A DNA stretch of 61,448 nt, taken from the IMG/VR virus record IMGVR_UViG_3300036796_000121, positions 1-61,448 of that record. The stretch is one strand, 5' to 3'. The notes beneath the pieces were generated by a model. The model was not told where the DNA came from. It did not search any database and saw only the letters and a program-made list of their open reading frames with translations. Source of the DNA: a virus. Lineage: Duplodnaviria > Caudoviricetes. The first letter of the stretch is position 1; each line of letters begins with the position of its first letter. The translations under genes and the position numbers were made by a program. Below, one piece after another: positions 1 through 9,819 of the stretch.

Positions 1-107
1 CTATAATAATTTTATCTCCAGTATCGAAAATATACGGCTTCGTATTATCCGGTACTTTATTGAGCTTCCAAATCTTCAAATCGTCCACTTGCATCGTATA
101 AACAGGG
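1..107 (+). repeat. Terminal direct repeat, identical to 61342-61448 (circular-assembly overlap)
   Basis: The first 107 nt equal the last 107 nt, and the Dit ORF reads in frame across the join. Confidence 0.95.
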
Positions 108-1363
108 GTATTCCGATCCCATCTACAGATTGCAATCATGACTTGAGCAATCTTACGCCCCGTCATTGGATTTTGTTTGTCGATTTCACTAGTATCAATA
201 TAACGCTCAACCAACGCGGCATCATCTGTTTCGGTTCCGTCTCTAAACCTTGCCACATAAACAGACCATTCATTTCCTCTTCGTGCGATACGTAATCTTC
301 CATAAAAATTATTAAATGTATTAGGATGCATACCACTTGTATCAACCAATAAGCGTGAGCTATTAGGTGTTCCGCTATTACCAATTCTCGCATGAGCCTT
401 AGTGATTTCACCCTCCCAATATAAATCATTCATATTAATACGGGCCACCACTTCGCTTGTTTCACCTAATAGTAAAATTTCGACTCGTCCCATTTGATCT
501 TTATTTCTCGACTGCAGATGGACCCTTGCTTCCATTTCAAAATCTTGTAATGGTCCTCCAAGAATATTCTTCTTCACAATACCACCGTGAAAGCCTTTCG
601 TTCCTTCTGGCCCGTAATAAGGACAATAAAGTGCTGTACCATCTTTTACTTTAAATTCACCTGTTCCTTTCATATCATCAAATTGCCCAGTAACAGGAGT
701 CCAACCAATAGTAGTTGACATATCATCCCACATTACACGCTCGCGCTCCTGTACAGTTGTTTCTTCCACAGTAAGCGGATAGCCGATGCGAAAATAATCA
801 CGTCCACTTGGATATGGACCATACCAGACATCTAGAAAAGTACTTGCTTTATTTGCCTGGATTTCAATTAATGCAGGTGCTTCTACACTACCTTTATTTA
901 CAAAGTAAGAAGTGATTTCGGAAGTTGCTTCTCTAGTAAATAAATGTGTATTTGTTTTCCCTAACTTATACGGGTTTGGGCACGAAAATGAAATTGTTGC
1001 TTGGTGAATATTGGATTTTTCAAGCTTTTCTTCAACCGCTTCCTTAATTCCGTAATATACTAAGTCAGGCTCGTCCGTAAACAAAATTTCTACAGGTCTA
1101 TCTGTATTCAGTAAATCATTTAATTCGTCAATACGTTTTCTTAATTCAAAAAGAGAGACCCCCTTAAGAGAGAAATCTACCTCGATTACTCTCTTGGGAG
1201 TCCTTTTACCTAAAAAATATGAACCTGGGCGGTGAGGTACCGTTAACTCATTAATTTCGTCACTTAAAATTCCGCGACCTCTTATATCGTTAACCATAAA
1301 AAATCCTTTTTCGTACTTTTTCTCAAAGTATTCCTCTAAATTAATTCCATTAAAAACTAACAA
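1..1363 (-). CDS. Distal tail protein (evolved Dit, about 506 aa), 5' part; continues across the circular junction to 61184
   Basis: TTG start at 1363 with AAGGAGG RBS; in frame with ORF 61184-61435; lies between tape measure and tail spike genes; C-terminus ends DIIPPDFTATVSYREKYR, typical of Dit. Confidence 0.85.
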   Translation of the reverse strand, partial: MLVFNGINLEEYFEKKYEKGFFMVNDIRGRGILSDEINELTVPHRPGSYFLGKRTPKRVIEVDFSLKGVSLFELRKRIDELNDLLNTDRPVEILFTDEPDLVYYGIKEAVEEKLEKSNIHQATISFSCPNPYKLGKTNTHLFTREATSEITSYFVNKGSVEAPALIEIQANKASTFLDVWYGPYPSGRDYFRIGYPLTVEETTVQERERVMWDDMSTTIGWTPVTGQFDDMKGTGEFKVKDGTALYCPYYGPEGTKGFHGGIVKKNILGGPLQDFEMEARVHLQSRNKDQMGRVEILLLGETSEVVARINMNDLYWEGEITKAHARIGNSGTPNSSRLLVDTSGMHPNTFNNFYGRLRIARRGNEWSVYVARFRDGTETDDAALVERYIDTSEIDKQNPMTGRKIAQVMIAICRWDRNTPVYTMQVDDLKIWKLNKVPDNTKPYIFDTGDKIII

Positions 1364-1377
1364 TCTACCGCCCTCCT

Positions 1378-4300
1378 TTAAAATACTTCTTTCCGTTTTT
1401 TCGCAGCCTCTTGCTCTCCAGTAATATCGTCAACGAACCTATTAAACTCTTGTCTACCAAGCTGTATATTAATATATGCGGGTTCTCTTTCTCTAGCTGT
1501 AGAATTCGAAGCAGTTCCGGAATCCGTATTTCCTGAGCTTGCTTGTGCTTTCGCTGTCTGATACGCACCTAATCCTCTAGGCATTCCGTATACAGTTTCT
1601 ATGTTTAATGCCTCTGGTTTCATCCAATCAGTCATTTGTTCAGTTGTTCTTTGTACGGCCCCTTTCATCGCATCAATACCATTAATCCAACCTTTCATCA
1701 TGTTGACCCCGATGAAATCCCTGAACCAACGTGACGGTGAATGAATTGATAAAAGTCCAGATATTTTATCTTTTATCCCATTTCCGATGTCCGTAATTTT
1801 ATCCCAAATCGCTCCAGCCATTGAACTTATACCATTCAAAAGTCCTTCCATCATGTTACGTCCTATACTACCTAAATCGATTCCGCTCAAGAAAGACGTC
1901 ACATTATTAAAAATTTGAGTCACTGTGTTGTAGATTGCGTTTAAGATACTGGATGTCGCTGATTTTGCTGCATTCCACATTGCTGAAATGATGCTACCTG
2001 CTGCTGACATCGTCGATGAAATGACCGAACCTATACCTGAAAAAATTGAACTTACTAGAGAACCTATTGCTGATAGAACACTAGAGAAAACGGATTTTAC
2101 TAAATTTAGCCCACCAGTCACGACCGCGGAAATTAAATTTATCGCTCCCTGGATTATATTCCCAATTAATGACATCGCACTCGACGTTATCCCTTTCACC
2201 GCGTTCCACGCTCCACTCCAGTCTCCTTGCAGAACCGAAGTAAATAGCTTTATTATGTTTGTGATTATCCCAATCGCAGAAGTAATTATGCCCATAATAG
2301 CGGGAAAAACTGCTTGGACAATCGACAAAATAAATTGAATCGCCGGGATCACCACGCCTTTTATTATCGTCGCTAAACCTTCAAGAATCGCAATGGCTAT
2401 AGGGATTGCCGCTTGAATTATAGAAACTATTACCGGGAAAACTGCCTGGACGATTTGCAAAATTAAAGGAATAACTGTAGTCGCTATGATAGAGATTACC
2501 TGGCCTAATAATTGAATTATCGGAATCGCAATGGAAATCGCAGCCATGATAATCCCAGCTATTACCGGGAAGACCGCTTGTACTGCCTGAAGAATAATCG
2601 GAATCACTGACGTTGCTATGATTGATAGGATCTCTCCAAATCCTTGAATCAGCATTCCTGCTATACTAAACGCTGCTTGGATGACTGCTAGAATAATAGG
2701 AAATGCTGTTTGAAAAGCTTGCGTAAATATTGGAATGACAGTCGTTGCGAATTCTGAAAATATTTGGGATAAAAATCGAATTCCTTCACTAATCATCGGC
2801 ATAATTTGGATAGTTGTATCTGCAAACATTCGAATAAGGTCAGTGACCATCGGCATAACCTGTTGCATAATTTGACCAAATCCAGTGAACAATCCAGTTA
2901 CTAGTGGTACCACAGATTGTATAAGTTCACCAAACATTCGGAACAAATCAATAGCAAGTGGAACTACAGCCTTCACAACCTCACCAAAAAGACTAGCAAT
3001 CGTAGCACCTAACTCTCCAAATGCTGCACCAAGTTCGGCGAGCGCTGGACCTAAAGTAGCAAAGCTTTCAGCTATAACTTGACCAGTTTTCGCGAATTCT
3101 GGAGCAAGTGGTGCAAATGCTTGGATCAATCCTTGAGCCATAGACTGCACAAGCGGTAAAATTGCAGATAATACAGAACTAAAAATAGCCTGTATGGATT
3201 GCCATGCAGACATGAAAGCCGATTTCACTTGTTCATTCGTATTTACTAATTTAAAGATCGTAGCACCTAAAGATGCGATGATAGCTATTACCCAGCCCAC
3301 AGGTCCCGAAACCCCTAAAAACGTTAAACCTAAACGTACAATTAACGGCGTTAAAGTAGCTATTGTATTTCCTATTGAAGAAAAGGACATTTTTATAAAG
3401 TCAATCACTGGAGAAAGGGCAGATCCAATACCAGCAAATGCCGAACTAAGTCCGGATATTGCCGAACCAAACGCACCACTTATCCCCTGACCAAATTCAC
3501 TGAATTTCGATTTTATTACAGCTAGCGAAACTTCTACAGCCGTTGCGAAACCAGAAAACGCTTGACCTGCTTTAATCAAACCTACCTCTATCGCTACTCC
3601 AATTGCTGTACCCATTGCAGTGAATTTTCCAGGTATTGTCCCAAGATAGGGACCTAAAGAATCAAAAGCTGACTTCATAGCCTCAACTGCTGCTACTGTC
3701 CCGCTTTTTATAGATTCCCATGTATTATTCATGGCGTTTCGGAACGTTTCATTTCGTTGGTATAGCTGAACTAAAGCAATACCTATTACGGTAAGGATGG
3801 CAATGACAGCTCCTACTGGACCAAGTAACAAAGCAAACCCTGCCCTTAGTGCGGATACAGCTCCTTGAAGTAACACTGCTGCTTTTGATGTTCCGGACAT
3901 CCATAACATTAGTTGCCCAAAAGTGATTATCGCACCACCAATTGCGTTAATAATAATACCTGCTACTGTAGCAATAACTAAGAACGCTACTCCTAATGCT
4001 GCTACGGAAGCGATCACTGTCTGCACAGGAGCTGGTAATTTTGTAAATGCGTTTGCCAGAGTTTCAACTACTCCAGCTACAACCATTAATGCCGGGGCTA
4101 ATGCGTCGGTAAATGCACGTGCCGCTACATCAAGAGAGGCTTCCATTTTTGTCATTGCTCCAGCCCATCCCTCAAGCATGGAGTCCGCAGCTTTTTTAGA
4201 CGCCCCGTCTGAATTCACTAATGATTGTGTTAACGCATCAATTTTTTCAGGTCCTGCTGCTACAAGTGCCATCATACCTGATACAGCTTCTGTACCAAAT

Positions 4301-5292
4301 ATCGTTGCTAATGCTGCACCCTTTTGAGCACTTGTCATTCCTTCCATTCCCGTTTTTAACTCACCAATAATTTGAGATAAAGGTTTCATATTTCCTTGCT
4401 GATCTGTAACAGATACACCTAGACGTTTTAACTCATTAGCTGCTGCTTTTGGTGGTTTAACCAGTCGTAGTAAAGATGCACGTAATGCTGTACCAGCTGT
4501 TTCTCCCTTGATACCACTGTTTGACATAATACCAACAGAAGCCGCAAGTTCTTCCATTGAAATCCCTAACTGAGCAGCTGGTCCTGCCGCATATTTAAAT
4601 GCATATTGCATATCACCGACACCAGCGGCGGTCGCATTGGCAGCAGTGGCAAGTACATCAGCAACGTGTGTACTTTGACCCGCTTCCATACCAAATGCGT
4701 TTAATGCCGAGGTAATCGTATCAGCTACCATACCCAGGTCTTCACCCGACGCAGCTGCCGCACTTAACACACCAGGTAATGCTTTAGTTGCTTGTGCAGA
4801 GTCGAATCCTTTTGCTCCCATTTCTGCAAAAGCCGCTGCCACTTGCCCTGTAGAATACACAGAGCTTTTGGCCATGTCTAAAATCGCACCTTTTACTTGA
4901 CCATAATCACCCTGTGTTAATACTGCCGCTTTACGGGTTTGCGATTCGAATTCACGCGACTTTTGAATCATACTCCCTAAAGCAAAAGCCGCCGCTGCAG
5001 CCGCAGGACCAAATGCATTTTGCATCGTTTGTCCTGTTTGCTGTACACGTCGGCCCATTTCAATTGCTTGGTTACCTACTTCTTGAAACCTAGCTCGCCA
5101 TCCCGTGTAATCAGGAGGCGGTGGCGCTGGTGGTAATGGTGGAGGTGACGGTGGTTGCGGAGCTGGTGGTATCGGAGGCGGTTTACTAATCTGCTTAAAA
5201 AAGTTATTCCATGCTTGCGTAGCTTGTCCGAGGTTACCAATTAAATTAGATATATCCGCAATCACCTGAGTTTCTATCTTATTCTGACTCAT
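1378..5292 (-). CDS. Tail tape measure protein
   Basis: 1304 aa, Ala/Gly/Ile-rich amphipathic repeats, TP901-type core (GIKGETAGTALR), C-terminal IHSPSR motif, Pro-rich N-terminal insert. Confidence 0.95.
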   Translation of the reverse strand: MSQNKIETQVIADISNLIGNLGQATQAWNNFFKQISKPPPIPPAPQPPSPPPLPPAPPPPDYTGWRARFQEVGNQAIEMGRRVQQTGQTMQNAFGPAAAAAAFALGSMIQKSREFESQTRKAAVLTQGDYGQVKGAILDMAKSSVYSTGQVAAAFAEMGAKGFDSAQATKALPGVLSAAAASGEDLGMVADTITSALNAFGMEAGQSTHVADVLATAANATAAGVGDMQYAFKYAAGPAAQLGISMEELAASVGIMSNSGIKGETAGTALRASLLRLVKPPKAAANELKRLGVSVTDQQGNMKPLSQIIGELKTGMEGMTSAQKGAALATIFGTEAVSGMMALVAAGPEKIDALTQSLVNSDGASKKAADSMLEGWAGAMTKMEASLDVAARAFTDALAPALMVVAGVVETLANAFTKLPAPVQTVIASVAALGVAFLVIATVAGIIINAIGGAIITFGQLMLWMSGTSKAAVLLQGAVSALRAGFALLLGPVGAVIAILTVIGIALVQLYQRNETFRNAMNNTWESIKSGTVAAVEAMKSAFDSLGPYLGTIPGKFTAMGTAIGVAIEVGLIKAGQAFSGFATAVEVSLAVIKSKFSEFGQGISGAFGSAISGLSSAFAGIGSALSPVIDFIKMSFSSIGNTIATLTPLIVRLGLTFLGVSGPVGWVIAIIASLGATIFKLVNTNEQVKSAFMSAWQSIQAIFSSVLSAILPLVQSMAQGLIQAFAPLAPEFAKTGQVIAESFATLGPALAELGAAFGELGATIASLFGEVVKAVVPLAIDLFRMFGELIQSVVPLVTGLFTGFGQIMQQVMPMVTDLIRMFADTTIQIMPMISEGIRFLSQIFSEFATTVIPIFTQAFQTAFPIILAVIQAAFSIAGMLIQGFGEILSIIATSVIPIILQAVQAVFPVIAGIIMAAISIAIPIIQLLGQVISIIATTVIPLILQIVQAVFPVIVSIIQAAIPIAIAILEGLATIIKGVVIPAIQFILSIVQAVFPAIMGIITSAIGIITNIIKLFTSVLQGDWSGAWNAVKGITSSAMSLIGNIIQGAINLISAVVTGGLNLVKSVFSSVLSAIGSLVSSIFSGIGSVISSTMSAAGSIISAMWNAAKSATSSILNAIYNTVTQIFNNVTSFLSGIDLGSIGRNMMEGLLNGISSMAGAIWDKITDIGNGIKDKISGLLSIHSPSRWFRDFIGVNMMKGWINGIDAMKGAVQRTTEQMTDWMKPEALNIETVYGMPRGLGAYQTAKAQASSGNTDSGTASNSTAREREPAYINIQLGRQEFNRFVDDITGEQEAAKKRKEVF

Positions 5293-5301
5293 TCACCTCA
5301 C

Positions 5302-5634
5302 CTACCCTTCCTCTTCTTGTATTTGACTTTTAATCATCGATTCTATTTGATCAAAGAACGACTCGTTTCTTTGAATTTTTTCAGCTACTTCTTTCCGTTC
5401 GTTTGCTTGTTTTTCAATATCACGAACATTTTCTGGACGTGTATATATGTCAGCCAAGGACTTGATTTTTTCAGATTGTGCATTTCGATTAAATAAAGCT
5501 TGTACACTAGCAAACTCGTATTTATCAAGTAGTTGTTCCTTGTAACCATTCAACATAATATGGTATTCTTTCAGACTAATACGCCAAGATTGCAAGGTGG
5601 TCATATTAAAAAAGCGAAAACACTCACCTTGCAA
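5302..5634 (-). CDS. Tail assembly chaperone, frameshift extension (GT-like)
   Basis: Lies between TAC and TMP; its frame is open back to the T-TTT-TTC slippery site at 5724-5730. Confidence 0.8.
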   Translation of the reverse strand: MQGECFRFFNMTTLQSWRISLKEYHIMLNGYKEQLLDKYEFASVQALFNRNAQSEKIKSLADIYTRPENVRDIEKQANERKEVAEKIQRNESFFDQIESMIKSQIQEEEG

Positions 5635-5645
5635 TTCATCAACAT

Positions 5646-6023
5646 TTATCCGTACAGGCTCTCGAACGACTTCTGTTGCTCCGTCGTCATCGTTGCCAGA
5701 AGTTTCTTCACTGTCTTCTGGAAGAAAAAACTGTTTAACACGACCGCTTTGTTGAATCTTAAAATCTCATCAAGATCTAACTTTTCATCATTAAATAAAG
5801 CCTCAATTTCTTTCTGTACAGCCTCATACGTAATTCCTTTCTCTGTGTGGATTAGTGCGTAATAAATAACATCAACAAAGTTCGTGATACCACCTTGCAT
5901 AGCCTGAGATACGAATTGGAACGGGCCACCGTTTCCATCAATTAACTTGATAGCTTGTAAACAAAATTTCAGTTCGTACTCTTCACCTTTAATTGCAAAA
6001 CGTGTATATGATTTTTCAGCCAT
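5646..6023 (-). CDS. Tail assembly chaperone (G-like)
   Basis: Position; GGAGG RBS before MAEKSY; IKGEEYELKF-type N-terminus. Confidence 0.8.
   Translation of the reverse strand: MAEKSYTRFAIKGEEYELKFCLQAIKLIDGNGGPFQFVSQAMQGGITNFVDVIYYALIHTEKGITYEAVQKEIEALFNDEKLDLDEILRFNKAVVLNSFFFQKTVKKLLATMTTEQQKSFESLYG
5724..5730 (-). other. Programmed -1 frameshift slippery heptamer T TTT TTC
   Basis: X XXY YYZ heptamer in the TAC frame; the -1 frame (FFLPEDSEETSGNDDDG...INVDELQGECF) is open into ORF 5302-5634. Confidence 0.75.
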
Positions 6024-6093
6024 TAAAATTACCTCCAATTATTTTTTGTGCAAAATAAAAAAGCGCCTATATGGACGCCAATTCACATTCCCA

Positions 6094-6312
6094 TTATTCA
6101 TTTCCCATAAATTCATCCATCGTTTTATCAAGCAAACTGATCATGGCTTCCCTTCGTTCACGTGGTGTTGTATTATCGTACAATTCATTATGAATTTCAC
6201 TTACTCTGTCTAACTTCCGAGGATCAACATACTTAACTACCCCTTCATGTCCACCGAGTGCCACAATCAAATTTCCGATTAGAACCGCTTGTTCTTGTTT
6301 GTTTAGTTTCAT
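6094..6312 (-). CDS. Hypothetical protein (paralogue of the 6309-6638 N-terminus)
   Basis: 72-aa ORF translationally coupled to the upstream gene. Confidence 0.7.
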   Translation of the reverse strand: MKLNKQEQAVLIGNLIVALGGHEGVVKYVDPRKLDRVSEIHNELYDNTTPRERREAMISLLDKTMDEFMGNE

Positions 6313-6638
6313 TTGTTCTCACCTTCAATCACAATCTTGTCCGCTTTAATCAAAATCCGTTCTGCATTCTGATCTACAACTGACGTTTTTCCGTCTTTGC
6401 TAACAGTAGATTGCATCTCTTCACCTCCCTGCATTCCTTCTGATAAGCTATCAATGATTTTATTCAAAACACTTATTGTCGCTACACCGCACTGTCTTGC
6501 TGTAGCCTTTTTTATAGGTTCTTCACATAGTTCCGTTAAGCGATTCAAATCAACATGTTGCGCTAATGCACTTTCGCCAATCGCTGAAACAATTGAACTT
6601 GCAATCGAAACCTTCTCAAATCTTGTTAAATCCAACAA
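6309..6638 (-). CDS. Hypothetical protein
   Basis: 109-aa ORF with a G-rich RBS. Confidence 0.65.
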   Translation of the reverse strand: MLDLTRFEKVSIASSIVSAIGESALAQHVDLNRLTELCEEPIKKATARQCGVATISVLNKIIDSLSEGMQGGEEMQSTVSKDGKTSVVDQNAERILIKADKIVIEGENK

Positions 6639-6699
6639 TCCCCACCCCCTAGAAGATTCTTAATTATTTTAAAAACCGATTTACCAAATAGATTCACTA

Positions 6700-7203
6700 T
6701 TACGCTCCAGGAGTAGCTACATCACCAGATGGTGCACCATTAGGCACTGTACTAATCGTTCCCTTAGAAATTTTCCCGTTTAATTTTAAGCCGATAGAAT
6801 ACTTTGAGTACTCTTCATTTTCATGAGAAAGCTCTAAGCTATTCAACATGTATGTTCCTGATTTAACTTTAAAAGCAGAAGTGGTTGTGCTACGTAGATT
6901 CACTTCATGAATTCTTACCAGCACCTTGTTAAGAATTGCTTCTTCTACATAATCAAGACCCTCGTCACCCTCTGTACAAATCCCTTCAATACTAGCAGAC
7001 TGTGTTACGTCACCGTAATCAGATCCACTCTTATCCTTTGTTTTCAACTCAATTTCTCCAGCTTCAATTGATCGTGAACCTGATGTTTGGTTATAAAAGC
7101 GAACCGATTTCGTAGTCTTCCCGTCAGCTTGTGGGATGTCAATTAAATAAAGTGTCTCTACACCTTTAAACTCTGGTGCGTTACTTTTTTTCACCTCTGC
7201 CAT
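6700..7203 (-). CDS. Major tail tube protein
   Basis: Size, position and IELKTKDKSG motif typical of siphovirus tube proteins. Confidence 0.85.
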   Translation of the reverse strand: MAEVKKSNAPEFKGVETLYLIDIPQADGKTTKSVRFYNQTSGSRSIEAGEIELKTKDKSGSDYGDVTQSASIEGICTEGDEGLDYVEEAILNKVLVRIHEVNLRSTTTSAFKVKSGTYMLNSLELSHENEEYSKYSIGLKLNGKISKGTISTVPNGAPSGDVATPGA

Positions 7204-7216
7204 TTTAACTCCCCCT

Positions 7217-7624
7217 CTAATTTCTGATTGTTATAGTTATAAAGCTCAAATGTTTCGCTGTTAAAATTTCAACGTCTTTTTGAGAAAGTGGTTCAAAACC
7301 CTTTACTTTCGCATTAAAAAAACCGATTCGCTCTGGATTCTTTTTGCTTGTGTCGTACAAGTCAATTGAATCCTTTTCGAATCGGTTAATTATTCTATCT
7401 TGCAAATCGTTCCTTTCAAAAACTTTATCAGCATACACACCAACTTGGATTAGATGATCCCGTGAGAAATTCTCCTTTGAATATCTATCAATTTTTCCAG
7501 ACAAATCCTCTATTGTAATAAAAGGCTTGTCTTTCCCTGAGACTGAAACACCATCGTATATCCATGTAGTAGGTGCAAAAACATCCAGCGACTTTTTCAA
7601 TGAATACATTACGTCATTTAACAT
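7217..7624 (-). CDS. Tail terminator protein
   Basis: Directly upstream of the tail tube gene; KPFITI motif. Confidence 0.7.
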   Translation of the reverse strand: MLNDVMYSLKKSLDVFAPTTWIYDGVSVSGKDKPFITIEDLSGKIDRYSKENFSRDHLIQVGVYADKVFERNDLQDRIINRFEKDSIDLYDTSKKNPERIGFFNAKVKGFEPLSQKDVEILTAKHLSFITITIRN

Positions 7625-7626
7625 GA

Positions 7627-7989
7627 TTAATGACCCTTCGCTACACGTTGAACAGTTTTGTTTATATCTTCAACAAATGGTTGCTCACCTTCAAATGCCG
7701 TTTTACGCATAAAACCTTTTTTAGTTTTGTGCGTAAATTCTTGTACCGCTGCATAAATAAGAGGCGACCCATATGTCCCAATAATTCTCGCGCCGACTAC
7801 CATCTTCACACTTGCAGGAATACTTTCAGATAAAGGTCCCCATAAAATCGGAGCACGATTAGATGCTTGATTAGCCTGTAGACGTGTATGTTTTTCTACT
7901 GTTTGTGCAATTGGTTTTTTGTATTTCTCAGGATTATGTGCCCTTAATACATTGGCTTGTCCTTTAACAATAACTCTAATCCCCATCAA
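7627..7989 (-). CDS. HK97 gp10-like tail completion protein
   Basis: AP..G.L..SI, YAAVQEF and GFMRK motifs. Confidence 0.75.
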   Translation of the reverse strand: MMGIRVIVKGQANVLRAHNPEKYKKPIAQTVEKHTRLQANQASNRAPILWGPLSESIPASVKMVVGARIIGTYGSPLIYAAVQEFTHKTKKGFMRKTAFEGEQPFVEDINKTVQRVAKGH

Positions 7990-8360
7990 ATCACCCTCTT
8001 TACAATTACCTCACGACGGTTCATACCACCAAGCCCTCTTTCATCGATAATCTTGATAACGTAAAAAACACCACGTCTTTCAATTCTTTCTACGTTCTCC
8101 AGGTCTGTATTTAAGTGAAATGTAACAAGCGCTTCCCCCTTAGTAACATCAAGAGTATCAAACTTCGTTTTTTCGACTGACGTGACTTTCTTCCAAACTA
8201 CCTGTACTGTTTCTTTTTTTGGTTTCCCTAAAATTTCTTCTCCAGTAATTGGATCCTTTTCAGAAACCCCTTTAATGTGTAAAATCACCGGTTCCTTGCG
8301 TCCTTGCTCAATCATTTCACGATTTTCACGAATCTCTTTAACATCATCTTCGGTAAGCAA
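7986..8360 (-). CDS. Head closure / head-tail joining protein
   Basis: DPITGE motif and position in the neck module. Confidence 0.65.
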   Translation of the reverse strand: MLTEDDVKEIRENREMIEQGRKEPVILHIKGVSEKDPITGEEILGKPKKETVQVVWKKVTSVEKTKFDTLDVTKGEALVTFHLNTDLENVERIERRGVFYVIKIIDERGLGGMNRREVIVKRVI

Positions 8361-8363
8361 TTG

Positions 8364-9170
8364 CTACACCTCCTCACTTATTAAGTAGTTCAGCCGGGAC
8401 GAACATTGTGGATGCGGGCTTATTAATTGATTCATAAGGCTTTCCGGAATAGTTTTCGGATACTTTCCAGCACCTAAACCGTACGAATCACGTCTCGCTA
8501 GCTTATAACACATGTGCCTTGAATGGTTTCTGTGACGGTGGCCATTATCAATAATTTGATAACCCGCTACGATTTCACTTTCTAAACCATTCTGTATAGT
8601 CGCTGCACGATACGTATTGTTACTCTCAGAAATAGCGACGCGCTCAATCTTCCATTTCTCGTTGTCGTGTACTTCTTTTATCTTTTGAGAAATCATACTG
8701 ATACTTTCGCCTTTCAATACAGCCGGACGAATCACACTACTCAATCGATCTCTCATGTCACCCGATAAATTCCATACACGATCAGACAGAATCAACCCAT
8801 CTTCTCCAGGTCTTTTTATAGCCCCTTGAATAATCTGCTTATTTACTGCAGTTATAGATTTCACATCCAAACCAACTTCTGATAATTTTGATGTGGTCCA
8901 TTTCGACGTGTTTTCAATCAATACGTGAAATGATTGCTCCGCCTGTTTACGAAATTCTCTTTCGTATAAAGAAAGATCATTTAGCAAAGCACTCAATCTA
9001 CCACGTTTTATGACTCCATCCTTTTGGTAATCATTCAGCAAATCGATTAAAAACAAACGTATTAAGATAATGGCCTTAACAGTATCGGAAACTTGTTTTT
9101 CATGCTCTTCTTTAAACTCTTCGGAAATGGTATCGAGTGCTGCATCTAGCTCTTGTTGAGAATCACTCAC
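8364..9170 (-). CDS. Minor head morphogenesis protein (MuF/SPP1 gp7-like)
   Basis: LSDRVW, RVAISE and C-terminal PHPQCSS motifs; probable GTG start at 9170 after GGAGG. Confidence 0.75.
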   Translation of the reverse strand: MSDSQQELDAALDTISEEFKEEHEKQVSDTVKAIILIRLFLIDLLNDYQKDGVIKRGRLSALLNDLSLYEREFRKQAEQSFHVLIENTSKWTTSKLSEVGLDVKSITAVNKQIIQGAIKRPGEDGLILSDRVWNLSGDMRDRLSSVIRPAVLKGESISMISQKIKEVHDNEKWKIERVAISESNNTYRAATIQNGLESEIVAGYQIIDNGHRHRNHSRHMCYKLARRDSYGLGAGKYPKTIPESLMNQLISPHPQCSSRLNYLISEEV

Positions 9171-9174
9171 GTAA

Positions 9175-9516
9175 TCACCTCCCATCTGCTCTTTTAGCAA
9201 ATGTTTGGTGTGTACCTTTTCCACGTCTATATTTCCTATACTTTTTAAGAGCATCCGCTGATAATTTCTTGTATTTTGCAAAGATCATCGATTTATCAAC
9301 TGACTCCTCCCCATCTGTGTAAGAAAAATAACGTGCTGCATCTGCTGCTATCGATTCATAAGCAAATGAAAGTGCAAGATAAAAAACAGCATTTGCGTTT
9401 ACTTCTTCGGTTAACTCTGACTCAGTTTCGGCTTCAGCGAGCCAATTTCCGATGTCTTCCGGAGTTACTTTTGGAACTTTCGATAAGCGACTTTCCAGCC
9501 GTTCTGACACCTTCAT
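9175..9516 (-). CDS. Head-tail adaptor protein
   Basis: Position after capsid genes; helical fold with SYTDGEESVD strand. Confidence 0.65.
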   Translation of the reverse strand: MKVSERLESRLSKVPKVTPEDIGNWLAEAETESELTEEVNANAVFYLALSFAYESIAADAARYFSYTDGEESVDKSMIFAKYKKLSADALKKYRKYRRGKGTHQTFAKRADGR

Positions 9517-9545
9517 TTGGCGTCACCTCCGTCACTATAATTTTG

Positions 9546-9770
9546 TTAAGGAGTCATAACCCCTGCAGCTTTTAATTTTGCAATTAGCGCGTTTAAGTCT
9601 TTCACTACACCTGCTACGTCAGTTGCGGTACTATCTACCTGTTTATCAACCTTTTTTGGCATTTGAGCCACTTTTTCTTCTAGCCCTTTAATAACAGATC
9701 CTAGCGAACTTTCTTTAGCAATCGGCATCGATTTGTTTAACCGCTGGGCCTGATTTTCAGAAATAGGCAT
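9546..9770 (-). CDS. Head fibre / decoration protein
   Basis: C-terminal DLNALIAKLKAAGVM motif typical of phage head-fibre proteins. Confidence 0.65.
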   Translation of the reverse strand: MPISENQAQRLNKSMPIAKESSLGSVIKGLEEKVAQMPKKVDKQVDSTATDVAGVVKDLNALIAKLKAAGVMTP

Positions 9771-9819
9771 TTATACCACTCCTTTCAAAATGCAAAAAAG
9801 GTAGCATATCCGCTACCTT

